DNA of 64,000 bases, from positions 32,001 through 96,000 of IMG/VR virus record IMGVR_UViG_3300022689_000130; one strand, 5' to 3'. Below, piece after piece: positions 1-9,332 of this stretch. The stretch comes from a virus. A program made the position numbers and the translations under genes. The first letter of the stretch is position 1, and every line of letters begins with the position of its first letter. The notes beneath the pieces are model-generated. The model did not search any database. It was not told the DNA's origin and worked only from the letters and a program-made list of their open reading frames with translations.

Positions 1-436
1 CAGTAGAGCCGCTGTTTTCCGTAAATTCGTGCAGCGGTATAGCAATCTGTATGCCGAGAAGTCGCCGGTCACGATTCCAGGGTGCATGACGATGTGGTGT
101 ATCTACATGAGGGCGTGGGCCGGAACTTAGCGGTGTTAATACGCTGCAATCTGCGTGATAGAAAACAGGGTCGTCCATAAACTCTTCCACAAACTGATCA
201 GTTACTTCTCTAACATTAGAAATTTGATTATGATCATTCAGCGGCAGAGTCCAGTAGTTTGACCACTCAACGTTTTCATGGTATGTGGCATAGTAATTTC
301 CGTCGCGGTCGTGTCCTCGCTGTGGAATGTCCCAGCTAATCTTGGTATGAGAGATGTCATACAATAACATCTGATCGAATTTTTGTCTGAACACTGTAAA
401 CCCTTGTTCGACCATATTTTTGTGATACTCAGCCAT
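1..436 (-). CDS. PhyH/phytanoyl-CoA dioxygenase-like 2OG-Fe(II) oxygenase (3' end runs off the window)
   Basis: Hand-translated from ATG at 436: MAEYHKNMVEQGFTVF...PRPHVDTPHR...LLGIQIAIPLHEFTENSGST; HxD iron ligand and PLxxFTxxNG-like PhyH motif. Absent from the ORF track. Confidence 0.75.
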   Translation of the reverse strand, partial: MAEYHKNMVEQGFTVFRQKFDQMLLYDISHTKISWDIPQRGHDRDGNYYATYHENVEWSNYWTLPLNDHNQISNVREVTDQFVEEFMDDPVFYHADCSVLTPLSSGPRPHVDTPHRHAPWNRDRRLLGIQIAIPLHEFTENSGST

Positions 437-565
437 ATCTTTTGATTTCTTCTAACAATTCATTAACCGTTAATTCGCTATTAGCCCATTTTTACTGTTG
501 CGCAACCTTACGACATTTACGAGCATACGATCGATAATCTTTAGCATCTTTAGCTGTTATTAAAA

Positions 566-1147
566 TCACAAGCTATCGTTTTGTATCTGTTCAACAAGCA
601 AATTCATATGTAATTTCACTGACAATGCATAAGCCGTAGCATGAGAACGTTTGAACGCATAAGTTCCATCTTTTGGCCGTGTCCAAACATGTTGCATCAC
701 ATAGTCCCAATCCTTGCCTATTAAATGTCGTTTGGCTGGGCGAATCATAGCTAGCACGGCTGCTAGCTGTGGCAGGCTTCTTGGCTTCATCTGTTTGCAT
801 ATATCATGATGCCCGCTCATATGAAATACCATGTCACAGAAGTCCTTTTCTTCAAGCAACTCCCAAACAGGCTCGCGCTCTAGCAATTCGTTCTGATGTG
901 CTTCGTCACGAACGCCCTTGTAAATACTTAAGTTGAGCACATCAATCTTAAAGTACCCCATGTCTTCAGCTTCTTGATAGTCGATGGTGCAACGCCCAGT
1001 GAATGGATCAGATGGCACGTCGTGAAAATAGACACCGGTGTTGTGTTTTCGGTCGCCATTCTTAGCGACTACATGCGGGAATAGTTTGAGAACCTGATCT
1101 CTGTCAGGCACGTCAATGTCAATGTCAGTTACTGTCTTCATAGCCAT
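566..1147 (-). CDS. Miniature DNA polymerase III alpha (DnaE/family C) catalytic-core protein
   Basis: DIDID, KHNTGVY, FKIDVLNL, AMIRP and YAFKRSHATAY match DnaE palm/finger motifs (PDIDxD, HAxG, KxDxLGL, RPG, YxFNKSH) in only 193 aa. Confidence 0.85.
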   Translation of the reverse strand: MAMKTVTDIDIDVPDRDQVLKLFPHVVAKNGDRKHNTGVYFHDVPSDPFTGRCTIDYQEAEDMGYFKIDVLNLSIYKGVRDEAHQNELLEREPVWELLEEKDFCDMVFHMSGHHDICKQMKPRSLPQLAAVLAMIRPAKRHLIGKDWDYVMQHVWTRPKDGTYAFKRSHATAYALSVKLHMNLLVEQIQNDSL

Positions 1148-1452
1148 GTTAACTTAAATAGTATGTAAGTTTTTTTGTCCTTAAAAACCAAATATGTATT
1201 ATGCATTTCGACATCATGTTCTTGGCACCAGTTTACCAACTCACAAAAAAACATTGTGCGAGGTAAATGACTCCTAATGAACACCTTAACACTACCGTTT
1301 TCGGTAAGTTCTGGACGAAAAAAAGATGGAGTCTGAGGTAGGTTATAGTAGCTGTTAGGCCTCAACTGGCTTCCACATCCTTGCAAACTTGAGCACGTTG
1401 GGACGTTCGTCGTCATCCATTGGCAACACAACCGCGCAACTCTTTTCAGCAT
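1138..1452 (-). CDS. Hypothetical protein (true start probably TTG near 1365)
   Basis: Fills the gap between neighbours; overlaps the DnaE-like start; ends FKDKKTYILFKLTWL. Confidence 0.5.
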   Translation of the reverse strand: MLKRVARLCCQWMTTNVPTCSSLQGCGSQLRPNSYYNLPQTPSFFRPELTENGSVKVFIRSHLPRTMFFCELVNWCQEHDVEMHNTYLVFKDKKTYILFKLTWL

Positions 1453-1702
1453 TGAGCGTGGTGTTTTCGTGTCCTAACCAACATGGCAGCTCGCTAATCT
1501 TGGCAAACTCCTTGCGATTGACTCGCAGTGTTACCTTTTTGTAGCTGTTCTCGAGCCAGTCTTGATAGTCATCAAATTCGTCAGTGCCTAGCTTTTCTAT
1601 ATCAGCAAAATACATATGAGCATTAATCACACTGTGCGCAACAAGAGTAGGCACTATAAAATCTGGCACCTCGTCTAGCACTGCGATATACATCTTCTTC
1701 AT
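1355..1702 (-). CDS. Peptidyl-tRNA hydrolase type 2 (PTH2)-like protein
   Basis: KMYIAV...LVAHS...WLENSYKKVTLRV layout matches PTH2 (KMxxVV...AQxAHA...W...KxVLxV); 115 aa. Confidence 0.6.
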   Translation of the reverse strand: MKKMYIAVLDEVPDFIVPTLVAHSVINAHMYFADIEKLGTDEFDDYQDWLENSYKKVTLRVNRKEFAKISELPCWLGHENTTLNAEKSCAVVLPMDDDERPNVLKFARMWKPVEA

Positions 1703-2364
1703 CCGCTTGCTCCTAATATCTCTTCTATCCAGTCAACGTCTCTGCGGCTTAATTCAATCTTGCGCTGCCAGTATGAGAGATCAATTGTGTTGGCAATATC
1801 TTCTAATAATTCTATAGGAAGCTCGTCTAACGCCCGTTTGGCTTGACTGTATCCTAAGAATACCCAGGGCGAAATCTTACCCATCTTGATATCATTCACC
1901 AGAGTGTGGGGCTTAGCACCGACCCAATACTCACTCCAGTGATACCCTGTGCGTTGGCTCCATGCGTCTGCATGTATAACGAACCGTTCAAGTGCCCGCT
2001 CGGCTGTTTCTCGCTTGCTCTGCTCGGCTAGATACTGGTTATATACGCTGTCTTTGCACCAACGGTCAACGGGGACTTTTTTCTTGATTAACCAATCAAG
2101 ATAGCGTTCTGGCGCAAGGACGCGGGTCTCTAGCACATACATACCAAAGCGAACGAACGCCCCATAATATTGACTTTTCATGAACTCACGATAGTCACGT
2201 TGCTTACTTGCCCCCATAGCGATGCGATACCAGTCGTTAAAGAATTTATGACCAAGACGAACATGCTTCTCGTCTTTTTGCAGCCACCTTTTCTTGTCAC
2301 GACACATGTGAGCACTCAAAGCACTCTCACGTTTGAATACCTTGTTACAGTATTCACATTTCAT
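1699..2364 (-). CDS. C2H2-type zinc-finger protein, replication cluster
   Basis: N-terminal CEYC...HMC; coupled to neighbours by ATGA overlaps. Confidence 0.7.
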   Translation of the reverse strand: MKCEYCNKVFKRESALSAHMCRDKKRWLQKDEKHVRLGHKFFNDWYRIAMGASKQRDYREFMKSQYYGAFVRFGMYVLETRVLAPERYLDWLIKKKVPVDRWCKDSVYNQYLAEQSKRETAERALERFVIHADAWSQRTGYHWSEYWVGAKPHTLVNDIKMGKISPWVFLGYSQAKRALDELPIELLEDIANTIDLSYWQRKIELSRRDVDWIEEILGASG

Positions 2365-2831
2365 TTGAGCATTTCTTTTATTTGCTTATCGCTCAAACCG
2401 CTGTCTTGCAAGTTCTGCTTGACGGCGTCACGGTCCATGCTGTCTAGCAGCATATCAATCTCATCGTCGTTAAGATGAGGATAGCGTGTCACGAACACAT
2501 CATATAACTTTTGATTGGCTTTGTTTGAGTCGCGCCGACGTTTGCCTGGTTTGATCCAGGCATGGAATTGATTGGTGCCAATGCCTACACATTGCATAAG
2601 GCGCATCTGCAATTCGGGATGATGCCTCAAGTCGTTGAAGTGCACATTGACGAGCTCGTTAGTCATCGTCAAATAGTGGTGGTTGATCTCTTCTACTTTA
2701 CTGCTCGTGCTAGAACAGTATCGCATGAGAACCCACATACTTAGAGACTTTCGCTCCTCGTCAGTGAGTGATGCATACCATCCAAATTTGCGACGATCAA
2801 TCGCAGCCATTTCTTCTTTAATTGTTGGCAT
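2361..2831 (-). CDS. Clamp-loader small subunit (T4 gp62-like)
   Basis: Size and pattern (WVLMRYCSS...NELVN...LQ...FHAWIKPGKR) resemble gp62 family; replication context. Confidence 0.6.
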   Translation of the reverse strand: MPTIKEEMAAIDRRKFGWYASLTDEERKSLSMWVLMRYCSSTSSKVEEINHHYLTMTNELVNVHFNDLRHHPELQMRLMQCVGIGTNQFHAWIKPGKRRRDSNKANQKLYDVFVTRYPHLNDDEIDMLLDSMDRDAVKQNLQDSGLSDKQIKEMLK

Positions 2832-2970
2832 CGTTCTCTCTCGCTGTGTAGTAGACCCGACATGTTCAGTATATACATGAACGGGCGATTATCATAGTAT
2901 GTTGTGCCATCCAAAGTTGGTAGCTGGCCCGGAAATAGTGGCAGGCAGGGTGCGTATACGATTACACCAT

Positions 2971-3471
2971 TTACCATAGCTCGCTTATGTCGAGGACATC
3001 AGGGATCTTGTTTGTCTCCTTGACAAAGAATGCGCAGTGGCTTCTTGGCTCATCGCTTAGCGGGACCGCTAGCAGATGCCCTTGTTTGAGTTTGGGGAAG
3101 TGCCATTTGACTTCGCTGTAGATGTTCGTAATCTCGATCGGTTGATATCTTGGCATATAGCTCGAGATAGGATTGATGGTGAACGCTGAGAACCCTCTGT
3201 CATTGAGTGACGTGATAGGTATAACCTCAGGATCGCCAATCTCGCTGTCGCATATGATAAGGCTCCAGTCGATCGGCATTTTGAATGAATAGTCTCCTAC
3301 TTTCAACACTGCTGCTGGTGCGTTGAAGATCTCAAGGAACACTAGTGGCATGAAGTAATAATCAGGATTACTCTTGTCACTGTAGTCTAAGACGCAATAG
3401 CGAATGTCATCAATCTCTTCAGGTACAAAGTCGAGTTCGTACGGAGTATTGTCAGAAGTCAATATGCGCAT
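2971..3471 (-). CDS. Hypothetical protein downstream of UvsW, possibly a degenerate Hint-fold domain
   Basis: 166-aa beta-rich ORF; motif spacing recalls Hint domains. Confidence 0.7.
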   Translation of the reverse strand: MRILTSDNTPYELDFVPEEIDDIRYCVLDYSDKSNPDYYFMPLVFLEIFNAPAAVLKVGDYSFKMPIDWSLIICDSEIGDPEVIPITSLNDRGFSAFTINPISSYMPRYQPIEITNIYSEVKWHFPKLKQGHLLAVPLSDEPRSHCAFFVKETNKIPDVLDISELW

Positions 3472-4073
3472 AATTCATCCCATTCATTCTCCCAAATCTC
3501 AATTAACTGAAATCCTGCACTTTGTATTTTTTTACGTTTTTGTTGAGTCATTTCATATAATTCCTCGAATAATTTTCCATTCTTTCCATTACGATCATTT
3601 AAATTAAAAATTTTTGGATTACCATGCCAAAAATCTCCCCAAAACTCATATACAACATTCCCAACTAAAGCATCAACTATAAATCTTTGTCCATCAATAT
3701 ATATCACTTTCTGTCTATTTTCAAAACCGACATTCATTGAATCCAGCCAAGAAATTTCTTTCCAAGAACGATTTCCAGAAAAACAATATGGACATCCCCT
3801 TTGGTAGGTAATATGCGATTTAGGAGAAATATGAAATGCTCCATGGATCTTACATTTTACAATCACGTCCGAATAATTATTAATATAATCAACCTTTGTA
3901 TAGTCATACCGATTTTTATGAATGACGTTTGCTTCAGAAATGAATTTATCATTTGATTTTCGTAATGTTTTATAACCACTCTATGTAATTAACGTGTGAA
4001 ACATCCAAGCCTAATTTATCAGGATATTTTTCAATAAATCTTCTAAGAAAAGTTTTAGTATTTAATTTTTCAT
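3459..4073 (-). pseudogene. Decayed homing endonuclease (DUF723-like repeats plus PD-(D/E)XK/Vsr-like domain)
   Basis: C-terminal VDALVGNVVYEFWGDFWHG...LIEIWENEW; in-frame upstream repeat KFISEANVIHKNRYDYTKVDYINN...KCKIHG; the N-terminal part after ATG 4073 is frameshifted and separated by stops; very AT-rich. Confidence 0.75.
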
Positions 4074-4092
4074 TATATTTCCAAATTGTCTA

Positions 4093-5616
4093 CTAAAACC
4101 TATTATCTTTCCAATCTACCTTTTTCATTGAAAATGGATATTGTGCCTTTCGATAATATTTTTTACGTTCAGTTAAATGACGTTTTGAAAATTTAGCATT
4201 GCTACAAAGATCGATAATTCGAACGAAGTCTTTGTCTTTTGCGCGGCGCAAGCCACGCCCTATACTTTGGATCACGCGAACGAAGCTCTTGCCTGGTTCG
4301 ATAAGCATGAGGTTGAAGATACGCGGCACGTTGATGCCCACGGCTGCAACACCGTAGGTAGCGATGATGATCTTGTCGTTATTGCTTGAGATGTCTTTGT
4401 AGTGCTCACGGCGCTCTTCGTTTTTCATCTCACCACTGATGAACACAGTGCGGTCTTCTGGCAGTCGTTCAAGCAAGCCTTTGCCTGACTTAACACGGTC
4501 AACCAACACAAGAGTATTGCCGCTCTCAGCCGCTGCCAAGATCAACTTTGCCATGTAGTCCAATCTATCGCTATCTGTGGTGAGGTATGACAACTCTGTC
4601 TGATAGTTGTCGTAATGGACACTGTCTTGCATCTGTATGATGTCGACGTGGCAGTTTGCAAGTATGCCGTCTGCCTGTAGTGTCTGCGCTGCTAGTTCGC
4701 CCACTGTGGGTCCAACGCCTACCTTGAGGCTAACCGCAGCATGTTCTTCTGGCGGCACTGTTCCTGTTAGACCCCATCTAATTGGTATGTTGCGGAACGG
4801 TCCAATCAGCATTTTGCGCAAAATTTCAGCTTGTGCCCCGTGACACTCATCAACAATCACAGCCATAACACCACGTGTGAAGTCCTCTAGGCTCATGTCG
4901 CTCTTGCCGCTCTTGTGATTCTTCTGGATCACTTCCAAACTTTGCCAAGTGCAGATGGTATGAGTGCGGTCGAGCTCTTTGCGGTCTCCGTAATACACCC
5001 CGACGTCTAGGCCAAGGTTCTTGTAATCGTCTTCTGTCTGTGTGACGAGGCCTTTGTTGGGCACAATGACGATTGTGCGGGCGCCGCCATCCAAGCCAGT
5101 AGCCATCTTATACATCACCAGCTTCTCGTCCGTGAGACTGCGCTGAACAAGGTCGCTCAGCGCAGCCGTTACCAACGTTTTTCCGGCGCCGGTCCCTACC
5201 TCCTGCACACCAACTTGATTTTCAATAAACCGATTTACAATATTCAGCTGGTAGTCTCGCAGTATGATAGGCTCGCCTGCAACAGGATGGCCTTCAGGCC
5301 ATACGCGATCGCTGAAATGATCGACATCGATTGGTTGTAGGTCGATGTCGTATCTTATGCGGTTGTCTGTCAGAGACACTTCATATCCCTCGTCAACTAG
5401 AACAGGGAGAATGTCTTCAAGTAGATTGACGTATGTTTTGCCGCCTATAGCGAAGAAGTTGATCTTGCCGTCCCAACGGCCCATTCGATAAGCGGGTGTG
5501 TGCCTGGCGTATGGCAAAATAAAACTAAACTTGTCATGTAACTTTCTTCTAGTAGATGTGCTGAGACCGTGAATTTTGCAATTCACTTCATCGAGCAGTT
5601 CGATTTTTGCTTGCAT
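4093..5616 (-). CDS. uvsW: UvsW superfamily 2 DNA helicase
   Basis: LRDYQ, GTGAGKT, DECH, GLTGT, QSIGRGLR; start placed at ATG 5616 because the track's TTG at 5652 is the -35 box. Confidence 0.95.
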   Translation of the reverse strand: MQAKIELLDEVNCKIHGLSTSTRRKLHDKFSFILPYARHTPAYRMGRWDGKINFFAIGGKTYVNLLEDILPVLVDEGYEVSLTDNRIRYDIDLQPIDVDHFSDRVWPEGHPVAGEPIILRDYQLNIVNRFIENQVGVQEVGTGAGKTLVTAALSDLVQRSLTDEKLVMYKMATGLDGGARTIVIVPNKGLVTQTEDDYKNLGLDVGVYYGDRKELDRTHTICTWQSLEVIQKNHKSGKSDMSLEDFTRGVMAVIVDECHGAQAEILRKMLIGPFRNIPIRWGLTGTVPPEEHAAVSLKVGVGPTVGELAAQTLQADGILANCHVDIIQMQDSVHYDNYQTELSYLTTDSDRLDYMAKLILAAAESGNTLVLVDRVKSGKGLLERLPEDRTVFISGEMKNEERREHYKDISSNNDKIIIATYGVAAVGINVPRIFNLMLIEPGKSFVRVIQSIGRGLRRAKDKDFVRIIDLCSNAKFSKRHLTERKKYYRKAQYPFSMKKVDWKDNRF

Positions 5617-5652
5617 GTTGATAATAATACACTTTTTGTCTAAGAATGTCAA
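5617..5652 (-). promoter_or_regulatory. Sigma70-type promoter, apparently leaderless, for uvsW
   Basis: TTGACA(5652-5647)-17 bp-TATTAT(5629-5624)-7 nt-ATG. Confidence 0.7.
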
Positions 5653-5669
5653 CTACTTATTCATAGACA

Positions 5670-5700
5670 ATTGCAGGTCGGGCTTAGCCCGACCTGCAAT
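5670..5700. terminator. Perfect 14-bp hairpin, probable terminator
   Basis: ATTGCAGGTCGGGC-TTA-GCCCGACCTGCAAT, intergenic, just upstream of the uvsW promoter; no clear U-tract. Confidence 0.6.
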
Positions 5701-5765
5701 ACCAACCAGGGGTGCAATGATGGAAAGGAGATGATACTGGCTGGTGTTCCTAAACTATAATGGAA

Positions 5766-6059
5766 TTATTCGTTTATGTCAAGAAGATATTTTGGGTCGC
5801 AAAATTCTTCAACTGATACTTCGAGCTTTCCGCATTCGTGGCCGCTCTGACCCCAGTCTTCGTAATAATGGATAAACAAAGTGCTAGCATCGCCACCGAT
5901 GAACTCGACATGATCAAGATACACCTTGGGTGTATACCGCCATGCAGCTTGATGGAAGTTTTTGGGCTTGAGTTCGACACGCTTCTTGATGATGCAGGAG
6001 GCAATATACTCAACCTCCTCCTGCATATCAGCATACGCTTGAATTCGGGAAGGTGTCAT
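5766..6059 (-). CDS. Hypothetical protein
   Basis: ORF from MTPSRIQ with GGAG RBS, directly after the ATPase. Confidence 0.7.
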   Translation of the reverse strand: MTPSRIQAYADMQEEVEYIASCIIKKRVELKPKNFHQAAWRYTPKVYLDHVEFIGGDASTLFIHYYEDWGQSGHECGKLEVSVEEFCDPKYLLDINE

Positions 6060-6060
6060 C

Positions 6061-7092
6061 TTAACTCCCTTTGATGCAGGTTTGATCAGCAAACATTTGC
6101 CAGCCTTTAGGCTTCATCTTGGCAAGGTCAGCGATTTTACTCACCATCCGCAAGCTGAGCTCTCGCAAATTGTGCTTGTTTTCGTCGATGTATGTCAAGA
6201 TTTCGTCTACTTGAGCGTCATCAAAGTTGTAACTATCGAGCATACCGTCATTGACGATTTGCTTACAGCGGAGGAATTTTTCGCGCAGGTCATGGATACC
6301 AACGTCCAGGTAGTGACAGCGACTCACAATGGCCTTCAGGTGTTCGCCAATCTTTCCTCGTGCGTTTTCAAAATCAAGGTTGGTGACAAAGATAATACTG
6401 CCCTCGAAATCGAATTCAGTGTCGATGGCTCGATCTTCAAGCACCTTGCTTTCGGTGCGCCACGAGATCCGGCGCCGCTTGCCGCTATCTGTTGCAGCCT
6501 TGAGCATGTTGATGGTAGTCTCGTCGTAGAGGACAGTGTCGCTATCGTCTAGAACCAGCAGCGAACCAGGATACCTGTATTCCCACAGAAGCTGGTAAAG
6601 TCCGAGCGGACTTGAGTTAGCAATCTTCTCCAAGCTTTTAGGAGCGTCATTGTTTATGTCTATGTCGCCAACGAGGTCAATCTTGCGCATGACTTCCAGA
6701 CTGTTGATCACTTGCTCAATGCCAAAACTTTTGCCGACGCCCGGAGGCCCTGTGACAATCATTGCCCGCACATCGCCGTCGATCGCTGCAAGCGTCATGT
6801 GGTCCAAAATTTGGAACTTTTGACGCATACGATCCATGATCTCTTCATCGGTCTCGGCGGCAACTTCTTCAGTGATTTCCTCCGCGGTGGTGTCCTCGTC
6901 ATGCAAAAACTTGATGTCGTTTTCTTTATCGAGCATGATACGGATCTTGCGATCAGCATAGCCTAGCGGGGCACCCTCAACAGTAACATACAATCCCTTC
7001 TTGCCCATCTGGGGAGGGATAGTCATCTTGAAACGCATGTTACGGACAGCTTTTTTGGCGTAAACGCCCTTCTGAACAACGATATCGGTCAT
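6061..7092 (-). CDS. AAA+ family ATPase
   Basis: Walker A GPPGVGKS, Walker B LLVLDDSD, sensor IIFVTN, arginine finger AIVSRC. Confidence 0.9.
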   Translation of the reverse strand: MTDIVVQKGVYAKKAVRNMRFKMTIPPQMGKKGLYVTVEGAPLGYADRKIRIMLDKENDIKFLHDEDTTAEEITEEVAAETDEEIMDRMRQKFQILDHMTLAAIDGDVRAMIVTGPPGVGKSFGIEQVINSLEVMRKIDLVGDIDINNDAPKSLEKIANSSPLGLYQLLWEYRYPGSLLVLDDSDTVLYDETTINMLKAATDSGKRRRISWRTESKVLEDRAIDTEFDFEGSIIFVTNLDFENARGKIGEHLKAIVSRCHYLDVGIHDLREKFLRCKQIVNDGMLDSYNFDDAQVDEILTYIDENKHNLRELSLRMVSKIADLAKMKPKGWQMFADQTCIKGS

Positions 7093-7148
7093 TGTGTCCT
7101 CTTTGTTGCTTACCCATATAACCTAGCAAAACATCTTGGTATAGTCAA
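7093..7148 (-). promoter_or_regulatory. Early promoter (variant of the shared motif)
   Basis: TTGACT-ATACCAAGATGTTTTGC-TAGGTT...GTAAGCAACAAAGAGGA-ATG. Confidence 0.6.
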
Positions 7149-7149
7149 C

Positions 7150-7175
7150 AAAAAAGACGCCCTTGGGCGCCTTTT
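7150..7175 (-). terminator. Rho-independent terminator
   Basis: Minus strand AAAGGCGCCC-AA-GGGCGTCTTTTTT. Confidence 0.75.
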
Positions 7176-7197
7176 GTTTTTGTTTGAGATCAGTGGT

Positions 7198-7986
7198 TTA
7201 CTCGAACTTAACGCGGTTGAACATAGTCTCTTGGCATTTTGTGTGTTCATTCACTTCCTGCTTCTTGACTGTGCCAATAAACGTGATTTCCTCGCCGTTG
7301 ATTTTTTTGGCGATGTCGCTCAGCTTGTCGTTCATGAAGAATTTGGCGATCCGGCCTTCATCAGTTACAAGCGTTGCAAGGTGGATCGAGTGGCGTGGGA
7401 TAAATTTGACATCCATCACCTTCCCAGTGATTTTGAGACGCTGCCTGATCTCGCCAATGTATCCGTTGTGACGATGGCTCGCGTAGAACTTGTCCATCGC
7501 ATCCCGGTTTTCTGCAATGCGGCGGCTGTTAGGCAGACTAACAATCATTGCAAGGTCGCGGTTGATGTCAACGGTGCCGAGGCCAAAGATGCGAGCCATG
7601 TCCTCGTCAAAACGGTTGACAGAGCCATCCTTGCCGAATTTGACGAGCTCGTCTGCCATCTTGGCCATGAGCAGCTTCTGATCAAAGAAATCATAAATCT
7701 CGCCGGCATCTTTGCGGTCATCTTCCGTGGGACGGAACACTTCGAGCTCATTGCCCTCTTTGTCGACAGATTCAAGCTTTCCGTTGAGAACACGAAGTGT
7801 TTGTAATGCGGCAGTGCGGTTGTCATTTACACTCTTGCCAGATTCATTATCGAAAAAGCCATTCTGACTCTTGATAAAGCCTTGGGCTCGGTCCACTGCA
7901 ACTGCAACAGCCAATGCCTCCAAAAGCGGATATTTCTCCGTGGTAGGACGATAAGTGCCCGGGCGGCCCATTCCAAAAATACTCAT
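7198..7986 (-). CDS. Hypothetical protein with C-terminal OB-fold-like domain
   Basis: Start MSIFGMG overlaps the upstream stop; C-terminal YIGEIRQRLKITGKV...FIGTVKKQ...TMFNRVK. Confidence 0.75.
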   Translation of the reverse strand: MSIFGMGRPGTYRPTTEKYPLLEALAVAVAVDRAQGFIKSQNGFFDNESGKSVNDNRTAALQTLRVLNGKLESVDKEGNELEVFRPTEDDRKDAGEIYDFFDQKLLMAKMADELVKFGKDGSVNRFDEDMARIFGLGTVDINRDLAMIVSLPNSRRIAENRDAMDKFYASHRHNGYIGEIRQRLKITGKVMDVKFIPRHSIHLATLVTDEGRIAKFFMNDKLSDIAKKINGEEITFIGTVKKQEVNEHTKCQETMFNRVKFE

Positions 7987-8267
7987 TGCACTGCCTCGAG
8001 AAGCGAGCCGGCGACTCGCCACAGGCCGCCACCTTCGGCGCGGACGGTTACGGTTTTGCGGTTGACTTTTTCCACGGTGCCGGTGACAACAACGCCACGG
8101 CGGCCAGTGAACTTGACACGAGCGCCACGCCGGAGGGTGGCTGTGTTCATACGCCCGATCGAGTCGCGGCGGGCTTTGAGAAGGTTGACGACAAGAGTGA
8201 GGTCATCGTTGTCGCACTTTTCAAGGACGGTGCGAAGCGACTGGACGTCTTTTGCAGTGAGGGACAT
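7983..8267 (-). CDS. Small early protein with SH3/KOW-like C-terminus
   Basis: LRRGARVKFTGRRG...GTVEKVNRKTVTV...WRV; AAGGAG RBS; TTGACA-16 bp-TATACT promoter upstream. Confidence 0.8.
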   Translation of the reverse strand: MSLTAKDVQSLRTVLEKCDNDDLTLVVNLLKARRDSIGRMNTATLRRGARVKFTGRRGVVVTGTVEKVNRKTVTVRAEGGGLWRVAGSLLEAVQ

Positions 8268-8323
8268 TTCTTACTCCTTGGGTTTCTAACTATGCTATCA
8301 GTATAGCAAGGCAGGTTGCAGTG

Positions 8324-8437
8324 TCAAGTGATTTTGTCGTATTCGGGGCGGTGATGTGCGCCATGGCGGAGAGTATATGCATATCCTATGCCAAAAGCCG
8401 AAAAGATGATGATGACGAGTGTAATGAGAATTTCCAT
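8324..8437 (-). CDS. Small membrane peptide (37 aa)
   Basis: Hand-translated MEILITLVIIIFSAFGIGYAYTLRHGAHHRPEYDKIT with AAGGA RBS. Confidence 0.6.
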   Translation of the reverse strand: MEILITLVIIIFSAFGIGYAYTLRHGAHHRPEYDKIT

Positions 8438-8448
8438 TTTGAGGTCCT

Positions 8449-8691
8449 TTAGTCGTTGAACACAACAGCACTGAGGCCTTGGCCCGGGCTGATGTAGTGG
8501 AAGGCGAGGATGTCTTCGCCGCTTGCGTCACGCTCTATTTTCTGGAGCAGGAAAAGGCGGGTGGCGCCAGTGCGGGCGCTGCGAATGTAAAAGCTACCCA
8601 TGTCACAAATCTGGAGATCGCTGGCTTCGGCACTGAACAGGTTCTGGCTCTTATCAAAGCTGAACTTCTGGCTGCTGATATATGCGGGCAT
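8449..8691 (-). CDS. Hypothetical early protein
   Basis: Follows the conserved early promoter and AAAGGAGA RBS. Confidence 0.8.
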   Translation of the reverse strand: MPAYISSQKFSFDKSQNLFSAEASDLQICDMGSFYIRSARTGATRLFLLQKIERDASGEDILAFHYISPGQGLSAVVFND

Positions 8692-8745
8692 GTCCGTCTC
8701 CTTTGCTTACATGTTCAATATAAGCAAAGTGCTTTGGTTTGTCAA
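8692..8745 (-). promoter_or_regulatory. Early promoter with shared leader
   Basis: TTGACA-AACCAAAGCACTTTGCT-TATATT-N6-GTAAGCAAAGGAGA. Confidence 0.85.
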
Positions 8746-8870
8746 CAACTTTCTTGCCTTATCCAGTAATTTTTTCTAGGATAAGGTAGATCACGAAGCA
8801 AACCGCCACGATAGCGATGATCCAAATAATGAAGTGTAAGAGCAGGATTTATGCTCCATACCTGCCGTTC

Positions 8871-9332
8871 TTAGTCTAAGTGAAGATCATCAAGACCAGC
8901 ACAACGCAATTTTGTGATATTGTTGATTTGAAAGCTTTTGTTATCTAGACCTTTCATGATGGCTAGATATTTGTTGCGGACAAGCGCAAACTCGTTAACC
9001 AGGTGCTCCATGTCAATGTAGTCCTGGTCGCCCTCCGCAAACTTGTCAGCATCGCGGCTGCTGAGTGCTTTGTTGTAGTGCTCAAGATACTTGCGATACT
9101 TGGCACGATGTATCTTGCGCAGTTCGATGTTGAGATACTCAAGGATAGCTTCAACCTCTTGCAGTTGCCCAAAACGATAAGCGACATCGCCTGGAATGCG
9201 CTTGCTGTTCTCTTCGAGGTTGCCCTTCAAGTATGTTTCTTGTCGGGCGGCGCCAAGCTCTTTCTCATAGTAACTGATAGCTGGCACGATGTTTGCCAGG
9301 TTATCTTTTACCTTGTTATACCACCCAGACAT
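8871..9332 (-). CDS. uvsY: UvsY recombination mediator
   Basis: Helical 153 aa, RKYLEHY...DADKFAEGD...KGLDNKSFQINNITKLR; just downstream of uvsX. Confidence 0.85.
   Translation of the reverse strand: MSGWYNKVKDNLANIVPAISYYEKELGAARQETYLKGNLEENSKRIPGDVAYRFGQLQEVEAILEYLNIELRKIHRAKYRKYLEHYNKALSSRDADKFAEGDQDYIDMEHLVNEFALVRNKYLAIMKGLDNKSFQINNITKLRCAGLDDLHLD

Noticed and set aside
6082-8306. Long plus-strand ORFs (6082-6552, 7174-7806, 7882-8289) and similar ones opposite gp23, gp22 and the core protein
   Set aside because: Antisense shadows of well-supported minus-strand genes
8330-8440. Possible tRNA in the GC-rich gap
   Set aside because: No T-loop or cloverleaf; it encodes a small membrane peptide on the minus strand
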